DNA of 64,000 bases from Sarea resinae (taxonomy: Eukaryota). Below are positions 49,528 to 63,900 of the stretch, in pieces. Under the pieces are notes generated by a model. It was not told the origin of the DNA. It did no database searches and saw nothing but the letters and a program-made list of their open reading frames with translations. The stretch covers positions 1 through 64,000 of the forward strand of contig JAPEUD010000014.1 in assembly GCA_026026165.1 (NCBI GenBank). The letters are read 5' to 3'. The translations under genes were made by a program, and so were the position numbers. Numbering within the stretch: the first letter of the stretch is position 1; every line of letters starts with the position of its first letter.

Positions 49528-50559
49528 GAAAGGGAAAGTGGGCACCAAGGGCGCGGGTCTTGGAAAAGGGGGCCTGGGCAAAGGCATGGCTATGCGCCGC
49601 CATCGGTATGTTTCAGTTGTCTGCTTGCCTTGCGACTCGAGCGGATGCTTCAATTCAGACACTTCTTAGCCAGCATGGAAGAAGTACATACTGACCGGAA
49701 CTGTGCGCCATAGCAAGCTTCGAAAGGATACTATCCACGGCATCAGTAAGTCTCCCAATATGATCCCCGAATTCCACATTCCGAGTGGTACGCGCCGCGC
49801 GAGTCCCGAGATCCCATCACTAATCCATATGAACGATTTACAGCAAAGCCTGACATCCGGTGAGCTTCTTTTGCCATTCTTCACCAAGCTCGAGTAACGA
49901 AGCAGACGGACTGACTGACTTGTTTTCCGCTCTAGTCGGCTCGCTCGCCGAGGTGGCGTCAAGCGGATCTCTCTCAAGATCTACGACGATATCAGGACGG
50001 CGATGAAACTATACCTCGAAGATGTGCGTTCCTTTTCCCCCTAGCCTTTCTTTTCCCAGCCTGCTCCACAATCTCATAGCCTCACCGACAGAAGGAAGAG
50101 AGCGAAATGTCCGCGCCATCTTTGAATCTTCTAGGTCGCTGATGGGGATGCTTGATACAGATTCTGAAAGACTGCACCATCTACTGCGAGCACGCAAACC
50201 GGAAGACCGTCACCGTCTACGATGTGAGTTTCCAACCTACCCTCTGCCTTCCCAGAGACCTTTGCTCACTGACTTCAACCACAAAGGTCGTTCACGCGCT
50301 CAACCGTGTAAGTCTCTCTCTTTTCCCCGCTAGCTCCTGGCCATCTGCGCCTACACCACGAGCTGCCAACTAACCCTTCTGTTTTCCTCGTATCCAGCGC
50401 GGCCGTCCCATCTACGGTATGCTCCCTTTCCTTCTCTCTCTCTCCCAACGAGCTGGCATCAGATGCGCTATAAGTGCGTCAGAGATCGAAGCTGACATAG
50501 CGATACCCACAGGCTTCGACGACCCCCTCGCCATGCCGGCCAAGCCTCGAGGTCGCTGA
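49403..50559 (+). CDS. Divergent histone H4 variant (162 aa, 8 exons)
   Basis: Exons 49403-49605, 49714-49745, 49844-49859, 49936-50023, 50161-50223, 50287-50307, 50398-50416 and 50513-50559 (489 nt) give ...[106 protein letters not shown]. Confidence 0.92.
49490..49525 (+). repeat. (GGC)12 coding trinucleotide repeat (poly-Gly in H4 variant tail)
   Basis: Direct reading. Confidence 0.95.
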
Positions 50560-51971
50560 CGGAGGGACCGATTCCCACCTTTCGCCATCGTCATTATCCG
50601 TCACTATCTACATGCCCGACCGCGCCCTGCCCCCAAAAATCAACAACAACACGGCCATTTTCAGCTCACCCCATCCCCGTCTTCACAATCGTTCAGCGTC
50701 CCCCCTCATCCATCCATACATCCAAACCACGTCCTCCAAAATCTTCAAGGCTACATCGAAAAGACTGGTGCAGTATAGCCGTTTCTGGCGTCTCTCTAGC
50801 ATCTCTCTCCCTCTCTCTCGATACCGGCCAAATGACTGCATGGCAATTTCAACCTCGACCTCAACCTCACTCACTCACGCCCTCACACCTTCACTCACTT
50901 CTTTCTGCCAATGGACGAATGGATAGCCATGGAATTCCACATCTCACATCCCCTCCCACCAGACACATGCCTGACTAGACTCGTATCGACCTACCTACTT
51001 ACCTACACTCGAACCACACTCTAAACAAATGACGATGACGACGACGACGACGCACGACGCACGAACCAAGCGACTACGACGACGAAGACAATGATGATCA
51101 CGATAGCATTTTAGTTTTCCTACCGTCCTGCACCTCATCTCAGATCTCAGATCTCAAGCCCCCACCCCTCTCTCTCTCCCCGGCTTTCCACCCCGTTTCC
51201 CCCGATCTTTAAAGGGCCCAACTGCGTGCTACAGCTGCGTTTCGGGTTCTTGCGTTGTGCGTCCTCCTTTTTCTCATTCTCTCGGTCCGGTTTTTCGGTG
51301 TTTTTTTCTCGGTCCTGTATCTCGGCCAAGCGTCATCTTCCCTTTCCCTTCTCTTCTCTTCTCCTCTCCTCTCTAAAAGCGTACCAATGGCGTACCCGTG
51401 GCATACCCGTGGCGTATAAGCGTTGAAATGATGCATGATGCATGATGCATGATGCATGCGCATGGTAGCGCTCTGCGGGAATCCTTCGTCGGAACCGGAA
51501 GTCTTATCGGAATCGGAATCAAATGGAATGGAACGGATTGTATTGGAATGGACTCTCTCTCTTCCTCACCGTTTCATTACTCACATACTCACGTACTCAC
51601 CACATAAACACATGGAAAACACATACACATGGAAGGAAGTGAGTGAGTGAGTGAGTGCTTTGCTTTGCTTGACACCCCTTTCTTTCTTTCTTTCGGTGGG
51701 GATTTTATTTGGAGAGAAATAGATTCTTTGCGCGTACAAAAGTAAAAAGCTTGGGTATGTATGTGGAAAGGTGCACAAAAAAGGACAGTCTCACACAACA
51801 CAGAAAAGAACATCGAGACCGGCAGTCGAAGAAAGAAATCGGAAAAGTGGAGACAAGCAACAAACACCCTTGAATCTTTCTAAACCCTAGCCCATCCCTA
51901 CATTCCCTTTACCCTCCCTTGCCCTCCTCGTCGTCGTCACCAAACCTACTACACCGCGCTCGACTTTTCGA

Positions 51972-54900
51972 CTATGCCGCCTCGGCCGCCTCGGCCATAA
52001 TCTGCTCGCCCTCATCCAACATATCCGTAATCTGGCCCAGGTTCTGAATCATGCTCTGGCCATGACCCACCAGCAGCAACTTCTCCGCATTGGCCGGCAG
52101 GCCCAGATACGTAGGCGGTTCGCGCTCCGGCAACCGATTGACCCAGTCGAGGTATTCCTTCATGCCCGTACCGCTCGGCACCGTCAAGCCCCCGGCAGCA
52201 ACATCACCATTCTCGTCCTCGGCTTCCCCCTCGTCTCCAACAACGTAGCCGGTGCCGTGGACGGGCGGCGGTGCGGCGACGAGTCGATGGTCGGATTCAA
52301 ACGTCGAGGGCGTGAGAAAGTCCGCTACTAGTGCCGAGAGCTGCGCAAAGTCGGCCTCGTCGTCGATCTTGCCGCCGTACGTCTCCGTGACAAGCGTGCG
52401 GATCATGTCCCAAGGGAGTTTTTGTGGGGCAACGTTGGTCCGGCCCTGGGCCACGGACTCCACCCAGGTGTCGATGATGAAGGCCGAACATTCATACTGT
52501 ACCCGTATTAGTCAGTCGCTGCTTAAAGGGGAAACAAAAGAGTACGAGAACTTACGTCGCTGTCATTGAATTCCCAGAAACCCTTCCAGCCCAAGCTCGG
52601 GGCGTAGCGGAGTCGCTCTTGAACGACGGCATGCAAGAAAGACAGCATGAGATAGATCCTAGCCTTCTCAATGGGCGCTTTAGTCGCTCTTGTTGCCAGA
52701 GACGAAAGAGAGTCCTTCATATTGGCTCTGATACCCGCTGGTTGCTCGTACATGAGAATACGCGAAGCTCGCAAAAGGTTGACGGGTATCTTGGGGCTGG
52801 TCTCCATCGACAAGAAAAGCCTGAAATCAGCATGTGGTTTCAAGGCATCCAATCGCTTCTCAAGGCTCTGCAGCCATGTTGGTGCCAGATGAACATTCTT
52901 GACCAGTACCCAAGAGCCGCTGGCTGCGGCATTACTGACGGCTTTATCTGCAGTGGCAAGTCCTTCGCTTGAGCCCATGGCGATATTCGTACACGTTGCC
53001 CGAGTTCTTTCGACAAGACTGTCAACTTTGTAGCTGGCGTCAAAGCCAGGACTTGAAGTCAACGCGATAGGGGTCGTCGCTGAGACCTGTTCAACGATGT
53101 CTGTGAGTTCTCCGCTGCTATCAAGCAACTCTTTACCGAACACGGCTGTGACAAACTTCTCTGCCGCAGGAACAAACCGATCGAGTCTGAAGATCTTGAC
53201 GAGCAGAAGAGACCTCAACAGCTGGTCCAAAGATTCCGTCTCCTGCGACCAGACGACCGGGACATGATTCTCGGCCAGCTCCTCGGTGAAAAACTTATCC
53301 CAAGACGCTGAAGAGACCTTCTCGATATAGTCCTTGAAAACAGGATTTCTCGACGCTTTTAAAATAGATTCCTCTCTACGGTCGGGCTCGGTCGACACAT
53401 CGATGCCCTCTAGAGTCTGGTCTAAGATGACGTCGACTAGACTCTTGTCCATCTTATAGGGAGCCGCCTGAGCAAGGAGCATCGCTAGTGTAAGACGGTC
53501 ACTCTGGAGAAGAGATAGTGATGTCCTCTGGTATGTGGTAACGAACAAATCCCGAATGATGATCTCGATGCGAGCATTGTGGTTTGTCTCAGCTGCGAGG
53601 CGCTTGTTACCATGGAGAACCGATTCGAAAATGTCGAGAAAGTACCGCAACGAGAACTGGTAGAAGTGGTTGAGGTGGTGAAGCTGTTCTAGTACGGCGA
53701 AGATCGCACTACAAGAGCGCGCTATGATATTGTATTGCAGCGTTATATTGTCTACCTCGGTCATGACGCCCTCCGTCTCGGACATCTTCGTTGAGATCTC
53801 AGCAGCTTCTCTCTTGAGGGTTTCGAGAGTTTCAATGACATTGTCATCATCTAAGATATTTCCGCGAGACTCGTTGAGAGCCTGCAGCAGACGTTTCTCA
53901 AGTTGCCGGAGATGGACTTTAAATTCTCCCTGTAATTTGATGAGATTTGAACGCCTCTCGTCAACGTCCGGACGCTCAAATTTGAGAACATCGTTGAGCG
54001 ACTGGGTCTGCAAGCTGCTTTGTGTGACCGTAAAGTTCACGAAGGTGGTTCGACTGCAGACGTCAGGTGGGAAAGTCGCGGAAGGATCACGAGTCGACAG
54101 GAACAATTTGAAAGCTGGCGAGAAGTCGATCTCCTGTTTGCCAAGTTGTATGAGTACGCGACCGCCAGTCTTTTGATATTCCTTGTTGAGAACGTGATTC
54201 AAGATCGGATCAAGATATTCCGCATCTTGAATGAGTATAGGATTACCGAATCGAAGCGCACTTTCGAGCTGCTTAGTGAAGGAGTCGTCCAAGAAGCTTG
54301 TAACAGTGAGCCGGCGTTCCTTGCTTTCTTTCTGCAAAAACTCCGTCGCGCGACCGGATGGGTCAATGATGAGCGGGTAGCGGTTGAAGCGTTTGAGAAT
54401 GATCGCATTCTCTGTGCAGAGGTCATCAACAGGAAGTGAATTGTCTTGCCAGCCCAGCCTCTCATCTGCGGTAGACAAGTATTCAGTGACAGGGTTGTGA
54501 GGCTTGTAATCGATGCCTGACAAGGAGAGCTGATGTAGCCAGTCTTCCATCATGGCTTTTCGGAATTGTTGATCGTAGAGACCGCCATATGCGAGGAAAG
54601 CAGCTGCCACAAGCACGTCTCCAACAAGAGTACCGATCTGAGTCTCGAAAGACTTGCTGCCTTCTTCCCACCTAGTTCGTTCCGAGGAAAGACTCTGAAG
54701 GAGCCTGACACTCCTGTCCACCTTGAACTGGACACGGGACATTTCCGTCTTGATGGCCTGCGTTTCGCTGATGAGAGCAGCATATTCGCTCTTATAAGTC
54801 GCAATACTGCGCTCGAGATTGTTGATAGTGTTTTCGGTTGCTTGCGCCTCAGCCTTTGTCTGTAAAGCTTGCTCTTCGAGTTGTCCGACTTCTTCACGAA

Positions 54901-57900
54901 GAGGGCCAACACGGTCGAGGATTTCGGAATAGTTGACTTGAGCTTCAACCCATTGAACTAGGGGTCCGCAAGCCTTACTGGCACGGTTGACTTTCTCGTA
55001 GGTAAAATCCTCCTTTGAAAGGAACTCATTACGCATCTTGACTCGCAGTGCACGAGTCATCTGTCGTTCGTTGTCATAATTGACGATAGTGGCGATAAAG
55101 TCATCTCGGCGAATAATGCCCTGGATGGTCTTCCAGCTGTCAACCTTATGACCAAGCAATGTGCACACCGCTTCCAAGGCAAGCTTAACGCCAGAGGGTG
55201 GATTGCCCATCGACCGGACTTCAGTCAGATGCTGCCTCTTGATATTACTGACACTCTTTTGAGCTTCCAGTACAGCAGGCTCGGCATTTGCGAGATCATT
55301 GAGAACGACTTCCTTTCGAGTCGCAACCTCCTTCTCTTGCTTCTCCAAGGCAGCTTGAATCTCGAGCGATGTTGCTTTTCGCTGCTCAGCCTCTCTCTGA
55401 TCAGCAACCATTCTCTGCAATTTCTCGTTCGCTTCCGCATCTTTCTTCTCGAGTTGCTTCTTCTTCTCCGCCAAGCTCGTTCGCAAGTCACGGACTTTGT
55501 CGACTGTATCCCGGAGCTTTTCCAGACCGACATTGAGATGGCGTTGCTGCTCTTCCAGATCCTCACGCTTCTCATTATAGAGTTTTACATACTGCGCCAC
55601 GAAGTCTAGGAAGTGTCGGGGCGTGAGGAAGGTTTTTCTATGTTGTTGCTTCAGCAAGCGTTGATTGAAGTGCTGAAGCGAATAATGAATGTAGACCATC
55701 GAGTTGACAACCGCCTCGCGGTGAGAAGCCGGCAGATTGAGATCTCTGTACGCGACAGGAATGCTGTCAAGCGCTTTGAAATTGGGTCGGTCTAAGTCAA
55801 CTGACTGGGTGAGTTCTGTGCCCACTTGGAATAGCGCCTGGTCCGACCAATCGCCGAACCAATTTAGGACGCATCTGTTGAAAAGAGCGGGACTTGTTGC
55901 GGCCTTGGATGAAAGGCCTTCCTCAGGCGGGTTCATCGTGAACACAACATGGAGATTCTTGATAATCTGTTGAGTGAACCATTTGTACAATTCTTCTTGT
56001 GAGTCCAACAGAAGCCCTTGGCGCTGTGCCCCCTCTTTGCATGCTGTCATCAGAGAGGCGAACTCATCACCTTCGAAAAGGCCAGGAACTTCGGCATTAG
56101 CCAAGAGCGTATTCATTCGTTCGAGGAAGCCTGAATCCAGTACATTGGACTCGTCCATGATGAAGCAGATCTTCTCGCCCTTGCAACCGCAGCGCCTCAG
56201 AACGTCTCGTAGATCGTCGTCGAAGTCTTCTGCGGAGTATTTGCCATGCACTTTGATTTGGAAGACCTTGAGGCCGTTCATCCAGGCTACAAAGCGAGAG
56301 AGCGTAGTCTTGCCACTGCCACTGACACCAATCAAGATGAGATGGCCTTGCGGCTGCCGGAAGACTCGATCGATGCGGAGGACGTGGTCGAGAACATCAT
56401 TGAAAAGGATGAGAGGAACATCGACCTCCTCCTCGCAAAAGGTCTTGAGCCTCGCCTTGACAAAGTCCCGAAGCTGGTCTCGCTCCACCGGCACGTAATA
56501 CTTCGAAAGCCAATTCGAGAATAGAATGGGCCCTGAGAGCGCCTTCTCCTCATCGATAGTCGGGAAGTGTTCTAGAGCTATACGTTTACCAGCTTCCTCT
56601 GTCCACTTGCGCTCATCTTCTGCAACTAGCCTGTCCTGGAATAAGCGCAGTGCTTCGTGAGCCCAGATCCTGACCAGGCCCTCTACAGTGAGAGATTCGA
56701 GAGGTCGAATCGCTTCATAGACACCACGAACCCATCGAGTCAATTCTCGCGGAGAGTAAACATAGTGGGGCTGAATCTTCGGTGTGAAGCGTTGTTGCGA
56801 TTCAAGATAGAATTGAACCATGGCCTTCGTGAGAGGCTCGGAATAACCGCGAAGAGATGGTATGACTTTGAGAACTGCGCTGTTAAATGTTCCGTAGATC
56901 TGGAATAGAGAAAGCTCGCCAGGGTAATCGACCATGATTAGAGGCGCGTGCCTGAGGAACCTTGAGCCCAAGGGTGTACGCCCCGCGTCGGTGGGAGGGT
57001 TGCAGGCGCCCACGAATTGAATGCGATCAAGAGAGACCCAGGTCTTGTCCGAAGTTCTCCAGAAACCGTTCTGCTCAACAAGTTGTCGTATGAACGATAT
57101 TACCCGCTGAGTGCCGTACTTGTCCGGAGCGGGCAGATTGATCTCGTCGCAGAAAATAACCAACCACCGCCCGATTTGGGTCGGAGACAGGATTACGCCA
57201 TTCAAGGTCTTCCGGTACTCGCAGTATTGCTCGAATGTCTTGATAATGAGATCGGGTGTAGTAGCACTGGAGAAGTTGAGGCCGACAACCTCCATATTCG
57301 GAAGCTTTCGAAGAGCACTGAAGAGCGTCATTGTTTTCCCAGAACCTGGCGGTCCACAGAGAAGCAAGGGCTTATGCTCCGCCAGCCAAGAATACAGAAC
57401 CTCCTCATGGCGAACAGTGTCAAGCGTTGGGATGACCACATCGGTCTGAGTGATCGAGTGCGTGTTGACTTCAATACTAGGCACTTGAGACTGCCATGGG
57501 ACCCATTCAGCCTTTGGCAAGGAAACATCGAAATCAATAAGGGATGTGGTTTCCCCAAGTACTGGCGACCCGAACGTAGTCAGGCCAGACACGTATTCTC
57601 CAAATACTTGCCTCTCCGTGAGGGGGCAGTCACCCGTCAGTGACCAGACAAGGGCAAGAAGCAATTTCTTGGATACAAAGGATTCGACTTGCTCTGGATC
57701 CAACGGAAAATCGGAATGCTGGATATTGTATTCAATCATAGATCGGCAAGCCTTATTGAGCAATGAGAACAACGTATTCAGCATCCTGATCTCCGTAAAT
57801 TCCATTATGTGATTGAAATGCCGAGCCTCGGTCAGAGCTTTTTGAATGAAGCTATCTGTGGTAAGATATTGCTGGAGAAGATCCGCTGTCTGCGACTGAA

Positions 57901-60900
57901 TTGTGAGCGCCTTCGCAGAGGTTTGACCTGTCGCCACCGTATCCTCATCAAGGTCCTCGAAGGGAATCGATCGCAATGAATCGAGATAATTGGCGACCAT
58001 CATATCCGATGTGACAGTATCATCGCTGAACCACACCATACCACATCTACTGACTGTGGCCAGGGTAGCGTACTTGAGCGTTTCCACTTCAAACATGATG
58101 CGGACATTAGGGGGAAGATTCAATCGTTCGCCGTTAGGTAGCGTAAGAAGTTTGTTATCGTCCAAGACACTGTTGAGGTTCTCAACCCATTCCGGATCGA
58201 CATCACCGTCAAATACAATCCAGTGTCTTTTAGAGTCCTCGCCTCGAAGGTTATCGACAATCTTCCTCAAGATACTCGTAAAGAGGCCATCAGTCCACTC
58301 TCTAGTAGTACTGTCAAGGTTGCCATAGAGTGCGTCCTTGGACATGACCTTTGAATCAATGACGTGACAAACACCTTCGACTCCCTCGATTTGCTGAAGG
58401 GCTTGAAGTAGTACTTTCCAAGCCGCCGACTTACCCGAGCCCGAACTGCCTACCATCATGACACCATGGTGGATGTTGAGGATCTGATATAGTTGCAGCA
58501 CCTTGGTCATCCATGTGTCGTTGACCACAAGGTGTCGGGCAGCAGCAATGCTGCGAATGTTATCTTGCAAGTCGCTCAAACTCGCCGGTATGTAGGCAAC
58601 ATCAGGGAAACTCTCCGCTTGGATTTCCTTAATAAGCTCGACATCCTCCCGAATCAGCTTGGGAGAAATCGTCTCTCGCAAGCTCTGGACCATGATCTGA
58701 GGCTCGATTTCCTCTTCTGGGCCCAAATCACCGCCAGCCATCGTAATTCTAGCCCGTTTCAGTCCGCCGGAGCTCACTAAAACGCTCTTCAATGCCCGGA
58801 GACCGAAATCATAATGGGCTTGCTTGGACAGACGAGCAGAGCAACTATCAAAGAATGGGACCGTTTGCTTCGATAATTGCTTCGCTTGGTTGAATCCTTG
58901 AGAGTAAAGCATAACCTCGGCAATCAGTTCCTTGTCAGGCTTGGACATAGCGACGCTCCGGAACAGTTTTTTGAGATTATCCGGCAAGTTGGATCGGCCA
59001 GCATATCCTGGGTTCATTGTGATGAAAATCCCAGTGTTCGCATTGACTGTCAACTGCCGACCAACCAGCTCGATCTGAGCTTTTGCGTCCTCTGCCCCTT
59101 TCTTGAGACCAAGCTGGATATTCTGGATCTGTTGCGATACAGCGGATAGAATTCGTTCTTCCAGTCTATTAAACTCGTCGAAGCAGCCCCAAGCACCAAC
59201 TTGACAGATCCCGAGGAAAATTCGGCCCATAGCTTGAAAGTCAAAGGTGTCGTCACAGCAGAAAACGAGCGTGAAACGACCAAGTTGCACTCCCAGAGCC
59301 TTGACCGACTCAGTCTTTCCAGTACCTGCTGGACCGTAAGGAGAGCCTCCAAGTCTTTGACATAGGGCCTGGGTGAGAGTGAGGAAGCAACGGTCTGTCA
59401 GCGGCGTGCGGACGAGGCGTTCAGCAACACCGAGGTACTCGAATCCATAATTCAGCATGGCATTTGCCATTTTGACGTGCAAACGTTGGGGGAAATCTCC
59501 TTCAGCTTTGTAGATATAGCGCATTTGAAGTAGCCACATATAATGATGAGCGTCAGACGCCTTCAATGTGATGAGCTTGTCGATGACATCTCGTTGGTGT
59601 ACGCACTCGGTGATGAGATGTTCGCACTTCTTTCTCTCTATTGGTTCCAGGTCATCCAAGACTACGGCGGCCAGCAATCGCAGGATCTTGACCTCCTGAT
59701 TGTAAAGGTTGGGCAGGTTACTGCCTCCTGCCTTGAGCGCTTCTTCGACCATGGAGGTCCAGACTGCTTGTGTCGCGAGGACAACTATTTGAGCGGGGAA
59801 TTCACGAACGAAGTTGCTAAAGGTCGCTTTGTCCATTTCATCCGCTCCGAATATTGTGCTGAACTGCTCGACGGCCTCGGCGAGCAACTCGGCGAGGGTG
59901 AGCTTCATGTTGTTTTCTAGAGCGGCCAGCCAGTCGTTGATCTTGGGAGTCTTGATGAGAGAAATGTCCTTTTTCAAGCGAACCTCCTCCCCTTCCTTTG
60001 ATGAAAATCCAACAATCGTCGAGTCCTCGTCCATGATCAAGCCGGACAGTCCTGCGAACATTTTTCTGAAATGCTTTGCTATTCGGAGGGTGTCATTACT
60101 GTTGCCGATAATCTCCAAGAGGTCTTCATCACCGACGAAATAGAATCTAGGGAATGAGACCCGCTCGCGCTCAAGGTACTCTCCGAGAGCTTTCTGTATC
60201 TTGTTGAGCAACTCCGCAAGCCTTTCGAGCGACTTCTGCACCCCAGAGATGTTCAGCACATCAAGAACGAACGGAGACTTGTAGACCTTTTTCATGACCG
60301 CGAAAAATTCGGAGTTGATGTTCTGGAAACGAGATGATTCGATAGGCAGGAGATGCTTGATGTCTGCATTTCCGGTGAAGACGCCCTCTAGATAGACCCA
60401 TTGACGCTGTACATCAATCCAGACATCAAAGAGCACATGCACGCGATTCAATTTATCTTCCCAAGAGGAGGCATCCTCCTCGAATTCCTTATAGTACGGC
60501 GAGTGTCTCATCGCCTGCAAGGAATTTAGATTCTCGCTGCATTTGGCGAAGAGATCGTCCCAACCGCGAATGAGCCGACATTTGTTCTGGTAGTTGACGA
60601 GATCCAAGGAATAGTTTTGCCACGTTTCGCGAACCTGCTTCAAAAACTCCTCCAAGGCCATCTCGCCCTGGGCTTGAGTGATGATGTCTTTGATGATGAC
60701 TTCGCTGGATGCAAGCTGCAGATCCCAGACGTCTCCCAGGGTCATAGAGATCTGAGAATATCTCTTCCCTGGCTTCAGCGCTTTGAATATTCTGATCCAG
60801 TGTCGTTCGCGTACAGCCTCGGACTTCATTTCCGATAGCAAAGGATTCACCTTGAGGAGCTGACGGAGCACTCCCTGGATGTGCTCGAAAGCTGCATATT

Positions 60901-63900
60901 GGCGCATGCGACTCGGCATTTCCTTTGTCATCTTGATGAGACCATCGATTGACTGTCGAAGTTTTCGAGGCTGTACGCTAGTCCAAAGAGTTTCTCGTAA
61001 CTCGTTCAAGCTCTTCCATATAGTTGAAAGAGCAGCCCAAACTGACTTGAAATCATGAATCTCCTCGAGGATTGCCGAAAGTACCGTGTCTGGGCCAGCT
61101 GGGAGATCGAGTGCTTCCTTGGCTCGGGATACCATTTCAGCCTCTGCTCGAAGTTGTGTGAGTCGAGTGTCGAAAATGTTCAGAGTACTTGACGCCTCTT
61201 CGGGCGGAATGGTCCCCGTGACAGGCTTTTCCTCATTCCATTGGGCGACACTATTAGCAATCTTTTCATTGACAACCTTGTCTTCTGCTACAATCTTCGC
61301 TCTCAAAGCGTCCGTCTGGTCCTCTACGATCTTACTCTTTCTCTCGAGAATCTCATTGAGCGCCGCCCACTCATGGTCAATCTGTTCCACGAAGAGCCAG
61401 TCAGCAGCAAATTGATAACGTTGACGAGACAATGTCGTTTGGCCTTGCCGGAAAAGTTCGACTTCGGGAGCCCAGGCTTTGACTTTTCGACGGCACTGTT
61501 GGACAATGGTTATGAAGGTGACGGCTTGGGCCGTGGATGACGCCTCCAGTGACTGCCCTTCCAAGTCCCTTCGAGCTTTCTCCACTTCAGTGTAGACCTC
61601 TCTCATACGATTGCCCAGGCGTCCGGCAAACTTGAGAAGGATGTCATGTTGCCACTGATCATATTTTGCATTGACCTTTGTCTGAACTTGTTCATAATCG
61701 ATAGTGATGGTACCAAACGAACGGCTCACTTCGGAGGTGTCGAATGTGGCACGAGTCTTACGGATCTCTTGCAGGAGCTGCAGCCATTTCGATAGGTCTT
61801 CGCCTAGGACGTGATAGACTTGTTCGGACGGTAGATCCCAAAGCGACTGGAACTGAAGCCACTTATCAACGTAGGATCCAATATGGTGAAGTTTATCTTC
61901 CACGGCGGTATAGACATGAGACAAACTATCCGCACAATTACTTGGCAAGTCTGTGAATCGGACGTCGATCTCTTCCGAACCCACTAGATCGACGCTCATC
62001 TCGTATCTCGAAGCTTTGAGCTTTCGCAAGTTGCAGACAACTCCAAGCCAATCATGGAGCTGCGAGTACCAGCTTGCTCTCGCAAATTCAAGCGGAGGGT
62101 CGAGATAGATGACTTGATTTCGCATCGAGATCTCATGTACCAGATGGGTGAGTTTCGGTGCATGCCTGAAGCGCTCCTCGTCAACGTCGTCCTCGGTGAT
62201 TCGTTTCCGGATGCTATCATCGTTGGCACCCTCGCTGCGAGCATCTTGGAAAACTTCGACCCATAGGATGATCGCTTCTTGTAGTCTCATAAGTAGAATC
62301 TCCTCGATCTTCCCATTCAAGCCGGCTACCCACTGCGTCAGGTTGACGTAGTTTTCCAGATTCAGCTGGTCGACAGCAGTTTGAATGCTCTCCAGTCTCT
62401 TGTGGAACTCGCCTATGTCGTATGGACATGTCATCAGCTCCGCCATCGCTTTTTGAACCGTCTCATTGATAGAAGCGAGGGTGATGGCCTTGCTCTGCAG
62501 AACGGAGATCGCAGCGGCGAATTCGCGGATAAACTGAACGTGTTTGCTCTCACCACGGGGGGCGGAAGGATCGATGTTCCCGTTGGGAAGATAGGACGTT
62601 TGTCGAATGTGTATGTCGTACGAATGCACTAAAGACTCCCATTTCAGAGGGACACCTTTCATTACGAGCGCCTGCACATCATTCTGGTATCCATTCAGGA
62701 GCGTCGATACGTCGGACATCTCCTCGATTGTGCGGGCGGTCTGGGTATACGTCCGAACGCTTTCCATCAGGCTTACGGCATAGGGATACACGCGTTTCGC
62801 CTCTTTCGAGATGTTGTTGATCGCATGCGGGACCTGGTAATTCAGCCAAAGCAGGTTCCGAACTTCTTTGAAAAGAGCAATGACTTGCGGATCGAAATTG
62901 ACAGCCAACTCCAAAGAATTACCGGCGGCTCGATTGCGATTGATATTAAACAGCCGACCAGAGATCGAGATGTTGCGCCGATTGACGTCGTGCAGCCACG
63001 ACTCGAATACCGGTCTCGTATCGAGCTTCTTCAAAAACATGTTGCTCTCACTTTGTAGCTTCTGGCCTTCAGCGTGTAACGCCCAGTCTTTCCCCAGGAT
63101 ATCTTCCACTTTCCGCATATAGCCGTTGAGTTGACGCTCAATCTGGCGAGCCCAAACAATGGCGCCGGAGACGGGAGGAAGGTCGCGCAGCTGAGCCATG
63201 GCGTGAGCTTCAGAGTGGCCATACTGTTGCTTGAATCGTTCATGTAGAGATGCGATGTCGTGCTTGACATTATCAATGAGTTGCGTCTGATATTCGGCGA
63301 TGGCCCCTCGAATCTTCGGTCGGACAAACAAGGCGTTGAATTTGGAGAAGACACGAAACATCTCGTTCGCTGTTTTAGCAGTCGCTAGACGGTCTCTCAG
63401 GCGGGCAATGATGGAATTCTCCACACGAGATGTCCGTTCATTGTATGTGATCTCGGCCTGGACCCAGATTTGAGTCCCTTCATTGGAGACATCTAGCACG
63501 TCGACATCTTTGAGAGCCGCGTAAGCTTGTGACACTTCCTCGACGGCATCGACATCCCCAATCTCTTCCACGACGACTGCACCGTTAGCAGTGGGGCCAC
63601 TGCTCGGATCTTGGACGGCCGTCTTTGGGCCAAGGACATTGACAATCGTCCGTTGAAGCTGTTCGTGGTTGACGCGGAAGGTGTTGATGTATTTCAATCG
63701 ATCCTGAGTCATGTCATGGCGCGGGGCAATCTTGATGGGGATGAATTTCTCATTCCTCCGGCGCAATACCTCACGAGCGACGTTGGTAAATTCCTTCACA
63801 TTGTCGTCCCAGGTACGCCAGATGCCCTCCGCCGTGTTCATGAGGACCTCGAAGTCTTTAAACTCGAGGTGCATCAACGAACGCCCATGCAGAAGAGAAT

